NCBI GenBank assembly: GCA_044892525.1
Contig: CM097887.1
Span: forward strand, 109,718,397-109,782,396
Direction of reading: 5' to 3'
Length of the DNA stretch: 64,000 nt
Source: Schmidtea polychroa
Lineage: Eukaryota
Below the pieces are notes generated by a model that was not told where the DNA came from, did no database searches, and saw nothing but the letters and a program-made list of their open reading frames with translations. Below are positions 12,749-27,649 of this stretch, one piece after another. Numbering within the stretch: the first letter of the stretch is position 1; each line of letters starts with the position of its first letter. The translations under genes were made by a program, and so were the position numbers.

Positions 12749-13516
12749 AAGCATTCTGTGTAGCAATTTACTGCTAAGAGAAAATAGAAGGTAATAACCA
12801 TATTGGTTATTGATTAATTAATCTTCAGGCGAGCATCAACAATTTTTGTTGTAGTGCTTTAGTCTTCTCAAATCTAAATTCTAGACTGTTAAAAACTTAG
12901 GAAGACGTGCTCAAACTTGAGTTCCGAATCGCGTAAAATTTGGGAAATCCCTCAATTGTCTTTCGTCCGCATATTTTAGATCAGATCTGTGGTATTTGTT
13001 GTTCCCAGATTTTGATACTTACAACTCTGAGGATGGTTGGTACACCAAACACCTGACAGTTTGGATTTCGTTTGAAACGTCCTAACAGCGAAAATTCGTT
13101 AAAAAAATAATTAATTTCATACTAATCATTAAAATTTCAAATTGTAATTCTTTATCAAATTTAACATTTAGCAATCTAAATAAAATGACACGAATTCCAT
13201 TGGTGTTTAAATGTATCTACATGTTTCATCGGCGGTAGTGACAATTTTAATATGTATACTTATATATTAGACTAGAACTATTTTGATGTCTGATGTCTGA
13301 TTATGAATTCGTTAAAAATATTTTTAATCTAACTAACCAATTTTTTTATTTTAATAGTGTTTCGAAATTTAATTTTTAAATTCATAATTCCACTTATTTG
13401 TTTTATAAATCAATAAGTTACTAAATATAGTAATTACGTCACGTTTCTAATTAGGTATCCAATCAAATTTAAAACTTTAATACATATTTTAAATTGTATT
13501 CTGTGAATTTTATTTA

Positions 13517-15237
13517 ATGGCTCCTAGAAAATTGAAAATTCGATCAAGCAAATATCGTCGTAAGACTGTTCGGAAATTAAGTTCTACTATAGATAATGAA
13601 GAAATCTCAAAGGAATATGATTTCTTGTCAGATCCAACGTCTTATTTTTTGAACAGTACATCATTTGATGCCCATTTTGAAGCTCAAAACACTTATAGGA
13701 ATAAATATTTAGCTACTGTTCTGCAGTTGGTTAATATGAAAATAGAACTTCTTCCGAGTAAGATTTTAGTTGAATTGTTGATTATAATAATTGCAATAAA
13801 GGTGCAAAAGTCAAAGCAATTACCTGTGCATGGGCAAGAAAAGATCAAGAAATGGCAAATGCATTTCTGTCGATGAAAAAAATATTTAATTTCGTTGAAG
13901 TAGCAAAAGCAGTAAATATACTTGACATTCCACGTCAAATTAAGGCAACTGAAAATAAAATCAATAAATTAAAAATGTTAGAAGAAGAAAAGAAAATTAC
14001 TGTTAAGTTGTCAACGTATAAAACCCTAACGAAAAAAATATCAACTCTTAGTAAACAGAAACTGAACTTTGGATCCGTAAGTGGAGCTCTTTGTCGTCAT
14101 GTGAGAAATTGGGCGTCGAAATTCAACCAAACCGAGTTGGAATTTTTTATGATGAATTTCGACACGACCGTTTGGAAAGAAATGGCAGACATCGTTCATT
14201 TTAATCCAGAAAAGAATTTCTCAAGTCTCTCTTGGTTTCTTCCGTATTGTTTTGGAAAATCAGCGCCGGATATTTCGAGAGTTGAAAAAACAAAAAATCT
14301 CAATTCAGAAAATGTCAATGAAATTTTAAAATCAACTCCGTTGCCGTTTCATAAAATTAGTAAATTCAAACAAAATCTGACAAATGAATCGAAAATGATT
14401 ATCGTACAAAACGAAGACAATGTCGGCCGTGCAATTTGGTGGTATGAAGATTTGGAATGTCGCCAGGTCGATGAGATAATTATGGAAAGGCTTTGCAGCA
14501 ATGAAAAACTGGAGTTCGGATACGGAAAGTTGATGGAAAGATTGATGATGCTGAAACCGAAAAATGTTTGCTTCTATCCGAAACTAATGGAAATTGCCGA
14601 ATCAAAACTGAGCGAATATTCTCATTGTCTTGAAGGTCCAATTGGAGTATTGGCTGATGCGTCCTCGTCAATGGATGTTGCCATTAGAACGGCAACAATT
14701 ATTTCATCGTTCTTGACTGTGTTCACGAATGCACAATTGATTTTTTTCAATGATAACTATTGGATACCCAACAAGAATCCTACTTCGATATCTGATGTCA
14801 TCGATTTGGCACTTAATACACATGCGTCGAATTCGACGTCTCCCGCCGCCGCATTGTGGCATTTCTATCAGAACAAAACCCAATTGAAAACAATAATCAT
14901 GGTAACCGATGAAGAAGAAAATACAAATTATCAAGACAATAATTTTATTACTTTATTCAAAAAATATGTTGAGGAAGTTGGACCTTGTAAATTGATTTTT
15001 ATTTCTTTTCTTTCGAGTCAGCATTCTCAAGGACAAATGGTGACTGCACTTCGGGCAGCTAACATAGACACTACACAATACGTTTTTAATTCAATTAAAC
15101 CCGATATTAGTAAATTGGATTCGATTATTGGAAAAATGTCGTTGAGTAATTCCAGGTTTCTTGACGCGTTGGTTGAAATTGAAACTTCATTAGGAAATGA
15201 GACTGTTGAAACGGTTTTTGGAAATATTGGACAATAA
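13517..15237 (+). CDS. Intronless TROVE-like/vWA-domain protein (~573 aa after correcting one frameshift at 13773-13774)
   Basis: ORFs 13517-13876 and 13852-15237 join by adding one A (ILVE-IVDYNNCNKG). The C-terminal vWA region has MIDAS-like DASSS (14656) and VTDEEE, preceded by a helical region. Confidence 0.6.
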
Positions 15238-15364
15238 TATTTTTTTTAATTTAGTGTTTTTCAGTTTGTTTTTAAGATAAGTATAAGGATTTTGATTTTT
15301 TCATTTATTTGGTTTACGAAGAGTTTATAAAGGAATTATCTTTAGCCCTTGCCGAATAAACATT

Positions 15365-15810
15365 CAAATTTCTTGACAGCAATTTATTCTGATTCTCTTG
15401 TTATTATCAGTTAAAATGTGAGGAACCCATCTGCTGCAAAGCGACTTCTTTCCAAGTTCTTGTTTCAATATGCGGTGAACACTCGTTTCTTCAATGTCGT
15501 GACTCTTGAAATTGCTGGACAGCTTAAGTGGCAATCTTCAATCATTTATGCACAATTAGGATATTCTTTTCTGCAGTGCTCGTTCTTGGTTATCCTGAAC
15601 CTTCTTTTCGCTGTTTTCCGACAAACTCTTTGGTAATCTGCTATACTCTCCGAAGACTAACAACATTCTTTGCACCCCAACTTTTGAAAAGAAAGCGGTG
15701 GATTTCAGTAGCCGAAAAGTTATTTCGTGTTAAAGTTGGAACAAAGAAATTTATTTCGCATTTCTTCGCTATCATATTTCAGGATAAATCATATAACCAA
15801 GTCTCATCGA
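15365..15810 (-). mobile_element. mariner transposase N-terminal relic
   Basis: SVHRILKQELGKKSLCSRWVPHILT contains the mariner WVPHEL-type motif (15418-15429) after the HTH; stops and frameshifts present. Confidence 0.8.
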
Positions 15811-16999
15811 TTCATTAAAACTTAAATCTTTTATGCTAAATCATTTAACCAACTCTAAGCAATTTGTTTTAATTTAAATTTTAAACTTTCCAGTTTTGTT
15901 AAAGTTCCAGTCTTAGAAAATTTACCTAAGAAATTTTAACCTTGATCTTCAGATATTTTCTGTTTGATAAAAACGAAGTTTTTTTTGCCGTCCCCTATAT
16001 ATAAATTGATTATTCTAAATTTAAATTAATTTCAATTTGGACAATTTGTTTTTATTTTCGATAACATTAATTTTCAATTTTTTTATTATTTTGAGAATCC
16101 CTGACTTAAAGAATTTAATCACTTAGTTTAAAATTACATTTGACATTAGTGAAATTTCAATTTGTTGTATTTATAATAAAATTCGGTAGGAATATTACAA
16201 ATTTTGACTTATCGTTTCGGAGCACCGACGATTGAGCGCATAATCGTAGCACGCAGTACAACTGAGCAAGATATGTTTTGTCCCCCTATGGGTACTGGTT
16301 GCAAGGGTACTGGTCACACTTAACAATAATAAAATATTATTAAATAATTACTCGCCTGCAATAGTCTCTGCAGCATCGTTTCTTATATAAATTAACTGAG
16401 ACTCAACAAATAAAAATTTGTACAACTCTGTTTAATCACGACTTAAGTAAACTATTGGTTTCGCTAACTATAATCAAAATTTTCAAATTTCTTCTAAGTT
16501 ATCCTAAAAGAAACATTTGAAATATTAAGTCCAACAATTTCCTTTATTTTTGATCAATTACACACTTAATTCACCCCATTTTAAACCGCACTGGTAATCC
16601 AAAAATAACTAACAAAAGGTCTCTCATCAATTGCTTAGAGATTTACTTTCTTATGTTTCGTTGTGGAAATGAGACCAACACTTCTTAATTCCATGTATGT
16701 CTACTTTTAATTTCTAAAATGTCAAAACTAATTTTTGTTTTCTATTTTGGTGATAACTGATGATAAAGAAATTTTTAATTAATTTATATTTTTATGTTTC
16801 AATCTTTTAAAGACCTTCATTCAATTTGAAATTATTTGACATTTATTTATTTTTCACTTCAACCCTCCCCAAAATTGTTGATTTTTTTAACCTTTAATTA
16901 CTATTTAATTAATTTCCATGAACCTCAGTAATCTCCTTTTCTCATTCTCATCGAAAACTTTTCATTCAAACCATTTCTACTTTTTATCCTGTCTGTTAA

Positions 17000-17080
17000 C
17001 CCTTTCGCGACGCACTTTTTTAGTTGCTGTTATTATACGCAGTAGTATGACGTGTATACACGTCATTGTACATTAAAGGG
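17000..17080. mobile_element. 81-bp minimal piggyBac-like element
   Basis: TTAA (16996-16999) CCCTTT ... AAAGGG TTAA (17081-17084); internal palindrome GACGTGTATACACGTC. Confidence 0.65.
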
Positions 17081-17988
17081 TTAATTCCTCAAAAATCTCC
17101 ACCTTTCTGGTTTAGATACCCTTATTTCATCTATAAAATAGTATTATTTAAAATTGTTGCTATTTCAGCTGCAATTAAACAGAAATCTTATAACTATTTT
17201 TCGAAAAAATTAATTTTAGTAAAGAAAAGTATTTCTGAAAAAATTAAATTACAAAATTATATTTTTTTCTTTTAAAATTTACCAAAAAATAATAAATTGA
17301 AAAAAATTAAATCAATTTTGAAATTAAATAAATTAACATTTTTCCAATTGATTTTTCTAATTCTCTGAATTGACTGAATAATGAGTAACAGTAGTAAAAA
17401 TATTTTTTAAAGCTTAATTTACAAATAAATTCACTCACATTTTCAATCTAACAATTGAATTTTGGATTTTACTCATTTTTTAATAGATGCTGAATAATCA
17501 AATATTTTGTAAAATTTATTATTAATCAATTACAAAATTTCATTATGATTAAATGCATTTCTAAAAATCTATGACTATTGGAAAAAATGTACTTTATGGT
17601 GTCTGGATTTATCTGACAGTAGAATGGTAGAAATTTCGTTCACGGAACTACACAAATAAAATATAAATGTAAAATTAATTAAAATTTAAAAAATCAATAT
17701 TTTTTGTGCCTGCTTGTAGAGTGAGACCAAAAATATCTTGTTTAAGAAGTTGAGTGCCACGCTAATTTTATATGGCTTGCCCATCTGGACAACATGAATT
17801 ATCTGCGCCGTTATTTTATTTATTTCTTTTTCCCAGTGAGTTATTTATTCCAGTCGTTTGTTATTTTACTTGATAATTCTTGTTGAGTGCGTTGAAATAT
17901 CAGGTAATAACATCTATTGACTTTTAATATATTAATTTTTGCATTTCAGATCCTGTATTTAATTTTTTGGTGAGTCCTTAAAAATAAT

Positions 17989-19300
17989 ATGACGACAAGT
18001 GAAGATTATGTAACAAATAATTCGTCTGACGATTTAGTTTTGCCAACTTCCGCTAAATGACGTCGAGTACTATCAAATGGTGAAGTAAGTCCCTCAAGTA
18101 GTGACACAATAACAGGATTCTCAATAGGTATATGTTGCCTTCGGATTGAATCCGATAATGAAGATGAGATTGGAAAGCGACGATAAAAATGACATACAAT
18201 GACATACAAGTACCAGGACATAAATTGGCATATTCCCCAAGGCAATCAAGTAAATATCACTTTCTCAAATTCTTCTGTGATTCTGAGCTTTTCAATTATA
18301 CCGAACCATATCGTTTTTATTTTCTCTTTGCTACCTCTTTGCTATTTGAAATATTTCAAATTATTGCGGATCAAACGAACATATATGCTGTGCAAATAAA
18401 GTCAGGACAGCAATCGCATCTTCTGGATAAATGGTCTGAAACGAATCCTAATAAAATAAAGCGCTTTATTGGATTGATCATATGGATGGGACTAGTGCGA
18501 TTACCTCAAATTCATTTATATTGCAGTACTAATGAAGGATATAACCTGACATTCCCACGTACAGTGATTTCAAGAAATCGATTTGAATTACTTTTGTGGT
18601 TCGTTCATTTTAGTAATAACGAAGGAAACGACCCTAATAATCGACTGTGTAAAATTAATCAAATTATTGATATACTAAACAGCAATTTAAAAAAATATTA
18701 CAACCCAGATGAATCATTAGTGCCTTTTCGAGGACGTATAAAATTTAGTCAATATTTCAAAAAAAACGTCATAGATATGTAATAAAAGTATATAAATTAT
18801 ATGGTGGAGCAGGATGCACTTATTCCTTACAAATATACTCTGCAAAAGAAGAAAATACATATCGAATATCAGAATACAAATCGTCTGAAAGGATATATTG
18901 AGGAATGGTAGGATAAAAGGGTTGTGTTGTTGCTTTCCACAAAACATTCAGCGGAAATGACGACAGTAAATAAAAAGTCTTCAGTTGGTTTATCTGATCA
19001 AATGACAGCATATAGTTCACCATCGTGTAGAACTGTAAAATGGTATAAAAAGTTAGCAATAGAACTATTATTAAATACTTGTTTTGTAAATGCATTAACT
19101 CATAGGTAACTCACAGAAATATTGAAATTCCTGATAAATACCTAGGCACTTAACGAAATGCCGAGATAGTGAAACTGATGATTGCCTTTCTTCACATATG
19201 AGCCTACTGAGAAAACCCCTTCATGAAAAAAAATGGCACGAAAAGCCAGAATCATGCGATAATTTTGTAAAGTGTTCTACGAAAAAAATTCAAAAAATCT
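17989..19300 (+). mobile_element. piggyBac (PGBD4-like) transposase pseudogene
   Basis: FIGLIIWMGLVRLPQI, ISRNRFELLLWFVHFSNN, DESLVPFRGRIKFSQY and RTVKWYKKLAIELL motifs; multiple frameshifts and deletions. Confidence 0.85.
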
Positions 19301-20199
19301 AGGTAGAGTTGGACTAGAGCCAAAAATCGAGAGCTTGTTTTAATGAGTCGGAAATACATAGCATAAAAACCGCACCAAGTTGAATTAAAATCTATGATTA
19401 TAATCACCAATTAATTCAAAGTAAAGTACACAACACATTGAGAATAAATAAAGCACGTATAATAAAATGGAGGAACGCAAGAAGTTCCAATTACCAACAC
19501 GGTTACGAGAGAAATAACGCATTTGAAAAATCTGCCAATTCGAAAGTAAAAGAATAATAAACAAAATAAATAATTAGTAATATAAAAGATTAAGAATGAT
19601 TATTGGTGGTATTTACATACGAAGGATCATATTCAAATAATTAGGGATGTTATGGCTCGTATTTACATACGAAGGAGCTATGACAGATTGCAGAATTTAA
19701 GAAAAAGAACAGGAAAAATGTATTTAAAAAAAAATAAAAATTTCCATTAAAATCGATAAAGAGATAATAAAATGAAATAAAAAATAAAATTATAAAATAA
19801 TTCGATTGTTTAAATCAATCAGTTAAATATGAAATGCTTGCACTCGTGTATGTGTATAGTAAATCAAAATTACACGCATTCCGATTGGATAGAGTGGCAG
19901 CAAATGCGTAGGCGGACAACTAAAATCAGTGTAAATACCGATTGAAAATTCATTAGAAGAGACACGAAAACTTTTTTTCGGTTCTTATAAATTTTATGTA
20001 TTTGTGGTAAATTGTTTTGTATGAAATACTTTTTAATAATGAAGTATTTTTTAAGTTAATAAATTTTAACGTTCGATTTAATTTTTTATTTTCGTTCTTT
20101 TTTATTTTCGTTTCTTTAAAATTAATTTCCAATTAAAATTTAAACTTTTATTCAGTAAATTGATAAATATGGAGGCGTTGAGGTATATTTTGATCATGG

Positions 20200-22450
20200 G
20201 CAAGGGAGTACTATATGTCTTTCTATCCTATGGACTAAAGTGGGGATTCAATCACCCAGTTATTGATTCTATCGAAGAGCTCGACAGAGACTACTTTGAG
20301 TCAGCCACTGACCTTTTTATCAAAGTGGAGTAGGTTGAACAATATGAATGATCATAGTGCTCTGCTCACAACAATCGCAGATGAACCCATTAGTCGTCTT
20401 TTGAACTGCAGCAGTAGATATCATAGTTTAGAATCCCTCAACATGAAATATGCTCAATTTTTGTCACGACATTGTTGACTAATTGATAGAAAATCCTCTA
20501 GTAGTTAAAATCAACCTAGGTCAGAATTGGAAATATAGGTAGTTCCATGCTCAAATTTTCGAAGAGCACACCAAATAACGTCAATTATTATAGAAAATAT
20601 ACGACAACATTTATATATTTTCTATTTCTTAAGAATGTTGTTGCCACAGTTTTCCATCTTCTTGACACATTACTTGAATTTTGTTTTTAGTTTTCCGGTT
20701 TTTGGTTCCTCATGAATCATTTGACATTGTATGTACATATCGTATTCAGTTCTCAATAGTCCATCAGCTTTAGAATGCATTTCACCTTTACATTTCAATG
20801 TTCAGACCACTTAATTGGTTGATCCATGTTTGAAATTGAAGCGTGATTGGCTTCTTCGTCTTCAACATAAACGTTATTGCCTTATGATCTGTCCTTAGTT
20901 TGAACTTTTTACCATATAAATAATGTTTGAAATGTTCGATAAAATAAATTATGGCTAATAATTATTTCCGAGTGATACAATGACATACTTCGTGTTTGTT
21001 CTTTGCATGCTAACCATATGCAATTACTCTTTCTTTGCCATTTTCATTTAATTGTGATATAAGTTATATCATATAACTATCCAATTCTGTCGAAACTGGC
21101 ATCTGTGTCCAAAATAAATTCTTTTGTAAAGTCAGCGAATACAAGAATTGAAGCTTTTAATAATGCTTTTTTAGTCCATGAAAGGTCTCTTCGCATTCAT
21201 TTGTCCACAATTTTTTTGTCTGATTTACACTGCACAATTTTTCGCGTGGTTTTGAATACATACAATAATATTTTATAAATCGATGATAATAATTTGTTAA
21301 TCCAAGAAAACCTCGTAATTTTTTAACACATTCTGGGGTTTCGAAATTATCAATCGCGATAATTTTATTATAATCAATATGTATTCCTTCATCGTTTATC
21401 ACATGTCCTAAAAATGTTATCTCTATTTTTATAAAAATCATTTTTCTGGACTTATCTTTAACCCAAAATCATTTATTCTCTGAAATACATTTCTTATTCC
21501 CTCATAGTGTTCTTGTAAGGAAAACGAAAATAATAATAAGTCATCAAGATAAACAACAGCTTCTTAACCATTAAGTGATCCTAATACTTTATTTATGAGC
21601 TTTCGAAATGTTGCAGGCGCATTTGAATATTCGCTGCTGACCATGAGATTCTCGTCATCTCCTTGGTCATCAATCGCTCCCATTTTCTGCTGATATCTGT
21701 AGCTTTAAGTTTCTCTTAAATCAAAGGATTGGAATTTCGAATGTCCTGCCTTCTTGCAATGAGAACATTTTATGTTCGAACATTGAGCCCTTATATATTT
21801 TACTACTTTGCATACCTAGCATTGTTTTGATCGTGGTTATTCATATCTTCGATTTGATGGATCAAATGAATTTGAAAAATCCGATCTGTTTTGTGATGTC
21901 TGCATTGATGGTTGACGAGGTAAACTCCTTTGATCTACAATTATATTATTGTTTCTAAATGATTTTCTCCTTGTAGGCTGTTTTCTTGAAATCTTTTATT
22001 TTATTGTTGTTGTGGTGGTTATGATTGTTGATATTGTTAAACTAGATATTGGTTCCGATTTTGAACCACATTTGCATAAATTTTTTTGAATGGTTTTGAT
22101 AGCCGCAATCTCTTCATTTTTCATTTCTTTATTAATTTATTCAATCTTCATAATGATCGTTTTAATCTCCTTTACATTAGAAATATTTCTCATCTTGATT
22201 TCTTTTTATCTTCTCTTGCATTGTGCAATATAAAGGCAGTTAATTTCTCTTTCGATAAATCGTGCCTTAATACATTTTCTGCCAATCTATCAATGGTTTT
22301 ATAAAATTCTTGATTCTATTAATTAACTTTTTTGTAGCGAATATCTTAATTTAAATCTCTTCTTAAATTTGAATATTCTTCGAAGGCTTTCTGCATTTTT
22401 CTTCATAACTGTCATTTTTTTCATTGACTCCTTCATATAATTTAGCTGCT
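20200..22450 (-). mobile_element. Heavily degraded Ty3/Gypsy internal relic (gag knuckle, RT, integrase fragments)
   Basis: KCSHCKKAGHS (~21740-21775), SNAPATFRKLINKV (~21590-21630), ITFLGHVIN...LRGFLGLTNYYHRFI (21157-21441). Confidence 0.75.
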
Positions 22451-25232
22451 TTGGTTGACAAGAATACTCTTATGAACGTCTTATTTACAGTTATTCTACA
22501 ATTATATTAAATAGTCGAATAATACCAATAATATCTCACATAAATGTTTTATAAATAAAATATAATACTGAATAAATAAGTCAATACTAATTTAATATTT
22601 ATATTAATTACAGCTAAATTTGGTTGAAATTTATATAGTGTCTAACAACTACTATTTCTACCATTACATCTATTATCATTATTATTAAGATTCTTTTATA
22701 ATTAAAAATTCTCTCATTTAATTAAACGTATATTTTGCAGTTAAAGCTCATTTTATCACTTATTAATTTATTTAACATCTAATTTACGCAACTACCGAGA
22801 AACCATAGTATACGCGGGACAGCCGAAAGTGGTCCATGGGGCTCATTTTCGTGTAGGATGTCTGGACACAATATGGTTTATATATTAAGAATAATCAAAA
22901 CCATGTTTGTCTATAGTCCGAAATTGCACTTTGCACATTTTTTGTATTTAAAAATCAATAATGCGCGATAAAACGTTCGACAAGCATGTGAAAACTCATT
23001 TCGCGAGATCGCAACACTAGTGTAATTTTCTAGGGGGTTGGAAGGAGTATATGCGCGATAATTGGTAGTGGTCAATGGGCTCACATCTACCTACTAAAAT
23101 TATTATTATTAATATTATTTATTAAAAAGAGCTTGAAGATTATAAATTTTTGGAAAAGAGAATAGCACTTCTACATTGACGGGACGATTGTCGGAAGATG
23201 ACGATACTAGGAAAGCCAAGGACCTAGGTGGCTGATGAAAATCTCGAGGTTGACGAAAGGCACAATTGATGTAATGATATTATTAGTTGGGACAAAAAAG
23301 AAATGGAACGCTGTACCTTTCATGGTAAGCCCGTGAAGCCAGAAGCGCGTCAGGACATTAGCAGTCCTTGTAATTTGGCTCATCTTTTACTGGCGCACAC
23401 CCGTTAACATGTAATATTAATGTTCCATGCGATGGGTACTTAGTAGTAATTCGATGATTGCGAAGGGGAGAAGAGAAAAGACAGGAATTGAGTCAAACCT
23501 GGAATTTCCACTTTCTCTGAACCACCAATTATCAACGAAGGAAGTTACCACTACTCATTGTCTAAACAATATTGAAGACCGAAATTAGTTCTTTTTGCAA
23601 AATTGTGAGATTAGATCTCTGAACTGGAATGCTTAATTTTAATTTAACTTATTAATGAATGATTGGATAACGTTAATTGGGTTTGTAACTCTTCGGGGCG
23701 ATACAGTAACTTTTAATATTTTGGATTCTATACAAATAAGTTGGTGAACAAAAGTTCAATAAGGTCACTATCAACTCATTGCATAATACCAACATTGTTA
23801 TCAACAGTCGTCAACCATATGTAGTGATCAGATCCAACTTTTTCAATAAGTAGCAATAACATAGATTAGAAGACAGGAAAGCGAGTTACCACATACTTAC
23901 AAAAATAGATAATAGCGAACTCCACTACTTATACTGTTAATAAATCTACTGGTAATAAAAATTGCAGCGCATAAATTCCAAAATAAATTTATGAAAAATC
24001 ATGACATGTAATTACAAAAATCATACAAATCTTCCTTGGAAAATTGCGATGATAAAAGATGTATTTTGTCTGATTTAATAACTACACTTCCTCATGGATA
24101 TGATTTGATTGAAATCATCAAAGAAAATAATTTGGAAATGTATAATGATTATTTATCTCGGTTGTAAATCCCCACCACTTTTTATTTTATGAACATTGGT
24201 TCTTTCATGTTTCGCTTTGTGTGATTTTGAAATCTATTTACTACAAGATTCTCAATAATATTCTTTACTTGACATTTTTATAATAAAAATAATAAACAGT
24301 AAAACTGAGAGGACAGGGTATTTTATTTGATTTGTTTTTTATACCACTGTCCCCTCAACAGTCTTTATGATCCGAATCATCTTTTTAATGTTAACCTCTT
24401 TCGTGTTTTGAATTAATTGTAATATAAAAGGTTGTCAGTCTTATACATCAGAATCAATTCAAATCTTGTAATATGCATTATTAACACTTCTAGCCCTCAA
24501 AGGCGGTTTCATCTGTTTTTATGTACACTACCGAAAGATTCAAAACACCGAAAGTTCGAAAGAAATTCAAACAATTGACTGATTGATCCCGGGTGTGTTG
24601 GAAAGATTTGTAGTGATGCTTCTGGTCATATAAATTATTTTTACGCATACAATTTATTTTATAATATATATTATATTTTAACAGAAACATTGAAAATAAT
24701 TTATAAAAATAAATTTTTATTTGTAATTTGAACCATGTCTATTACTAATGTTTTGTGAATAGATTTCCACTGAGGTATCTAGGCTGCAGAATTTTACACT
24801 TTAAATTTTTATTAGTTTAACAAATAATTATTTTTTGTAGTTTTTCAAGAATTTCTGTTTCTTAAAACTATCCTTTTCAAACAGTGTTATTATAATCAAT
24901 TTGGTCTCAGGGTGAAAGACCCGAATCAAACCGAAACGAAAGCCTCATACTCAGCTTGTTTCAATTGGGGCCTTGAGTCTGAGGGCTTTTGGACCCAAAT
25001 GGATTATAAAATCACTACTTATCTCATTTGACTTTATACTTTAAATATAATTCATTAATAAACAATACAAAATTAAAACATTTAAATAAGAAGTTACTAT
25101 CAATCTTTTAAAATAAAAAACACTAAATGGTTTCATAAAAAAGATTCATTCAAATATTTATCATATAAAAACTCCAAATAAATAAATCACAGGTCATTAA
25201 CTCAATTTGGAAAATAGATAAACTTTCCCCAT

Positions 25233-25533
25233 TTAAACCGCCAACCGACGAACCCCACATTCGGAACAAAATCTAGCACTGGCAACAGTAAATGAGGCAC
25301 CACATTCGTGACAAAATCCCATGGATTTTGAATTTGCATTTGTTCCTCCAACTGTTTTTCTTACAGCAGTAGGTTTTGTTATCATTGGTGAAGGTGTCGT
25401 CTTCACAGGCGGTCTTTGGGCAGAAGCGCCATATGATCCAGAACGAATATTCGCACTTGTTGGAACTGCTTGAGTATTTGTATTAATAGATGGAGATACT
25501 TGTGGCCGTCCCACAACACTTCTTGTTGGTAAA
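25233..25533 (-). CDS. ZC2HC1A: ZC2HC1A last coding exon (C-terminal zinc ribbon)
   Basis: Acceptor TTTATAG at 25534-25540; ends FCHECGASFTVASARFCSECGVRRLAV*, matching ZC2HC1A KFCHECG...KFCxECGxRR. Confidence 0.85.
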
Positions 25534-27649
25534 CTATAAACAATTAATATTTGACAAATTTATTTATTTTATAAAAAATTAACAATACTAAATATTAATA
25601 GTTGAATATACTTATTTCTGCTTATTATTTATTCAAGAATAATGTTAGCACATATAGAGATTTGAATGCACATTTGTTTCTGGAGCAACGTCTAAGCACT
25701 TCGTTTCAAAGTTTGAAGAAATTATGAAAAATCTATTATATTGAATAATTTGGTACTTTGTAAGTATATGTGACATAAAGTAAAAAGAATAAGAAAGCTT
25801 GGTTTATAGCAGAGGTTTTCAATCCTTTTAAGTAGCAGGGCACTATTTTATATTCTTCGCAAATGCCTCAATTTTAAAAATGAGTTTAAAATAACATATT
25901 CACACTACATTCATTTTTTATACCAAGATACACTGAATCTCAAAATAAAAGTTTAAAGTTTAATCTTCAATGATTTTTCTTTGAGTTGTTACATCAAAAA
26001 TTTCAGAAAAATCACATATGATGACATTTTAATTACACGCTGGCTGTATATTGAATTATTTTTTATATAATATGCATTGTAAACGCGTCAACAAATTTTT
26101 TGATAAATCTACGAATTTTGTCTAACTTTTTTGAAAATAGATCTAAACAAGGACATACACTGGTTATACCATAATTACAGAATTTCTGGCAATGATCTTA
26201 TCCATAAATTTAATTTATGTAAAATAATTCACAAAATTATTAATTTGAGTTTCCAAAATAGTAGACTAGAATTTCAATACAAACATACATTAAAATAATG
26301 TACAATAACAATAATTTTATATAAGTTATAAAAACACCATATTCATGCAAATCAGTACAAATACAGCTTAATAAAAAATACAAATATTAAAAAGCTTTAT
26401 TTATTTTTCTCTTTAAGAAATAATTCATCGAGAAAGAAGAAGCTGATTTGATGGTCTTGTAATCAACTTATTTACGAACAACTTTATTGATGACACTATT
26501 TCAGGGCTAATCATTTAGCGACATAATGACTGGCCTGTAGACCTATGCCAAAATTTTAAGGATTTTTTAAATCTATGTTTTTGAATTATTAGAATTATAA
26601 TTATTTGAATTTTATAATAAAAATATTTTTTTTCATTTTTCACATTGATTAAATTCTATCATTTACATTGTAAATTTTTAATTTACTTTTAAAAGCTTTT
26701 AAAATCCACCGTTGCACATTAAAAAAAAGTTATTGGATGTCTTTATCAATCCGCATTCCCTAACCCCTCGTCAGAGCCTCTGGGCCGCCACCATCACCAG
26801 ATTTATCTAGTTTGGCTCTTGACTAAATCTAATTGAATAGTCCTGCACTATTATATGGTATTGAAATTGGCGATGATTTGTTTGTTAAAATTCAACTAAT
26901 CATAACCTACAATTTACAACACGAATAAGTTATGATGCGGTTATAAATTGTCATTTTGCTGCTAAAAGTACCATGCATGTGTTAATAATATGTATGCAGC
27001 AAGAGTTTAAGGAATAAATTTTATCAGTAAAATTGTTTTTGTTTATTTCTGTCAAACAAGTTATCTAAATAAAACTTTTAGATCGCAATGCATTTCATTT
27101 ATTTAACCTCATTTCAATGCAATGAAATTCATAAATGTTAAACTATGCAAATATTTATCAAAAAATATCAAATGTTGTAAATATCTGAATTTAGAAAATA
27201 ATGTATTTCAACGAAAATTATACGACGAATAAAAATTCATAAAATAATTGTTTCACAAAAAATAATATATGTCAAAACAAATTTTAAATAATTTTTAAAT
27301 ATGCATAACTACTTACTATTTGCATTTTTTAACTTAGAATATTAAATTTTTTTATAAAATATGCTTTATAAAGCGTCATAATTATGAAAAAAATAAAAGA
27401 TATAGCAGTAGTCAATAAAAATGAAAACGTTACCCAGATAATATAATATATGAAAAATAATATTATTATAAGATTGCCATTTCCAAATAAAAAGCAGTAT
27501 TTTTATTTGTAAAATTTCGCAAAATTGACGTTAAAAACCGTTCGAAGAAAAATAAATTTGAAATCACTGTAATGTACAAATTTGTTCTTTTTTATGTTTA
27601 AACAAGGGGACGGGACGTTGGTCCATTTCGTTGGGCGAAAGCCTCGTTA

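Noticed and set aside
12509-12801. ORFs spanning the N run
   Set aside because: Artefacts of the assembly gap.
13023-13081. Minus-strand exon-like segment RFKRNPNCQVFGVPTILRV resembling TXNDC17
   Set aside because: Only 19 residues; no flanking WCPDC or C-terminal exon was found (an assembly gap is nearby).
23232-23258. CTGATGA...GAAA hammerhead-ribozyme-like core
   Set aside because: Stem II does not close directly on GAAA, and no complementary stem I/III with an NUH cleavage site was found.
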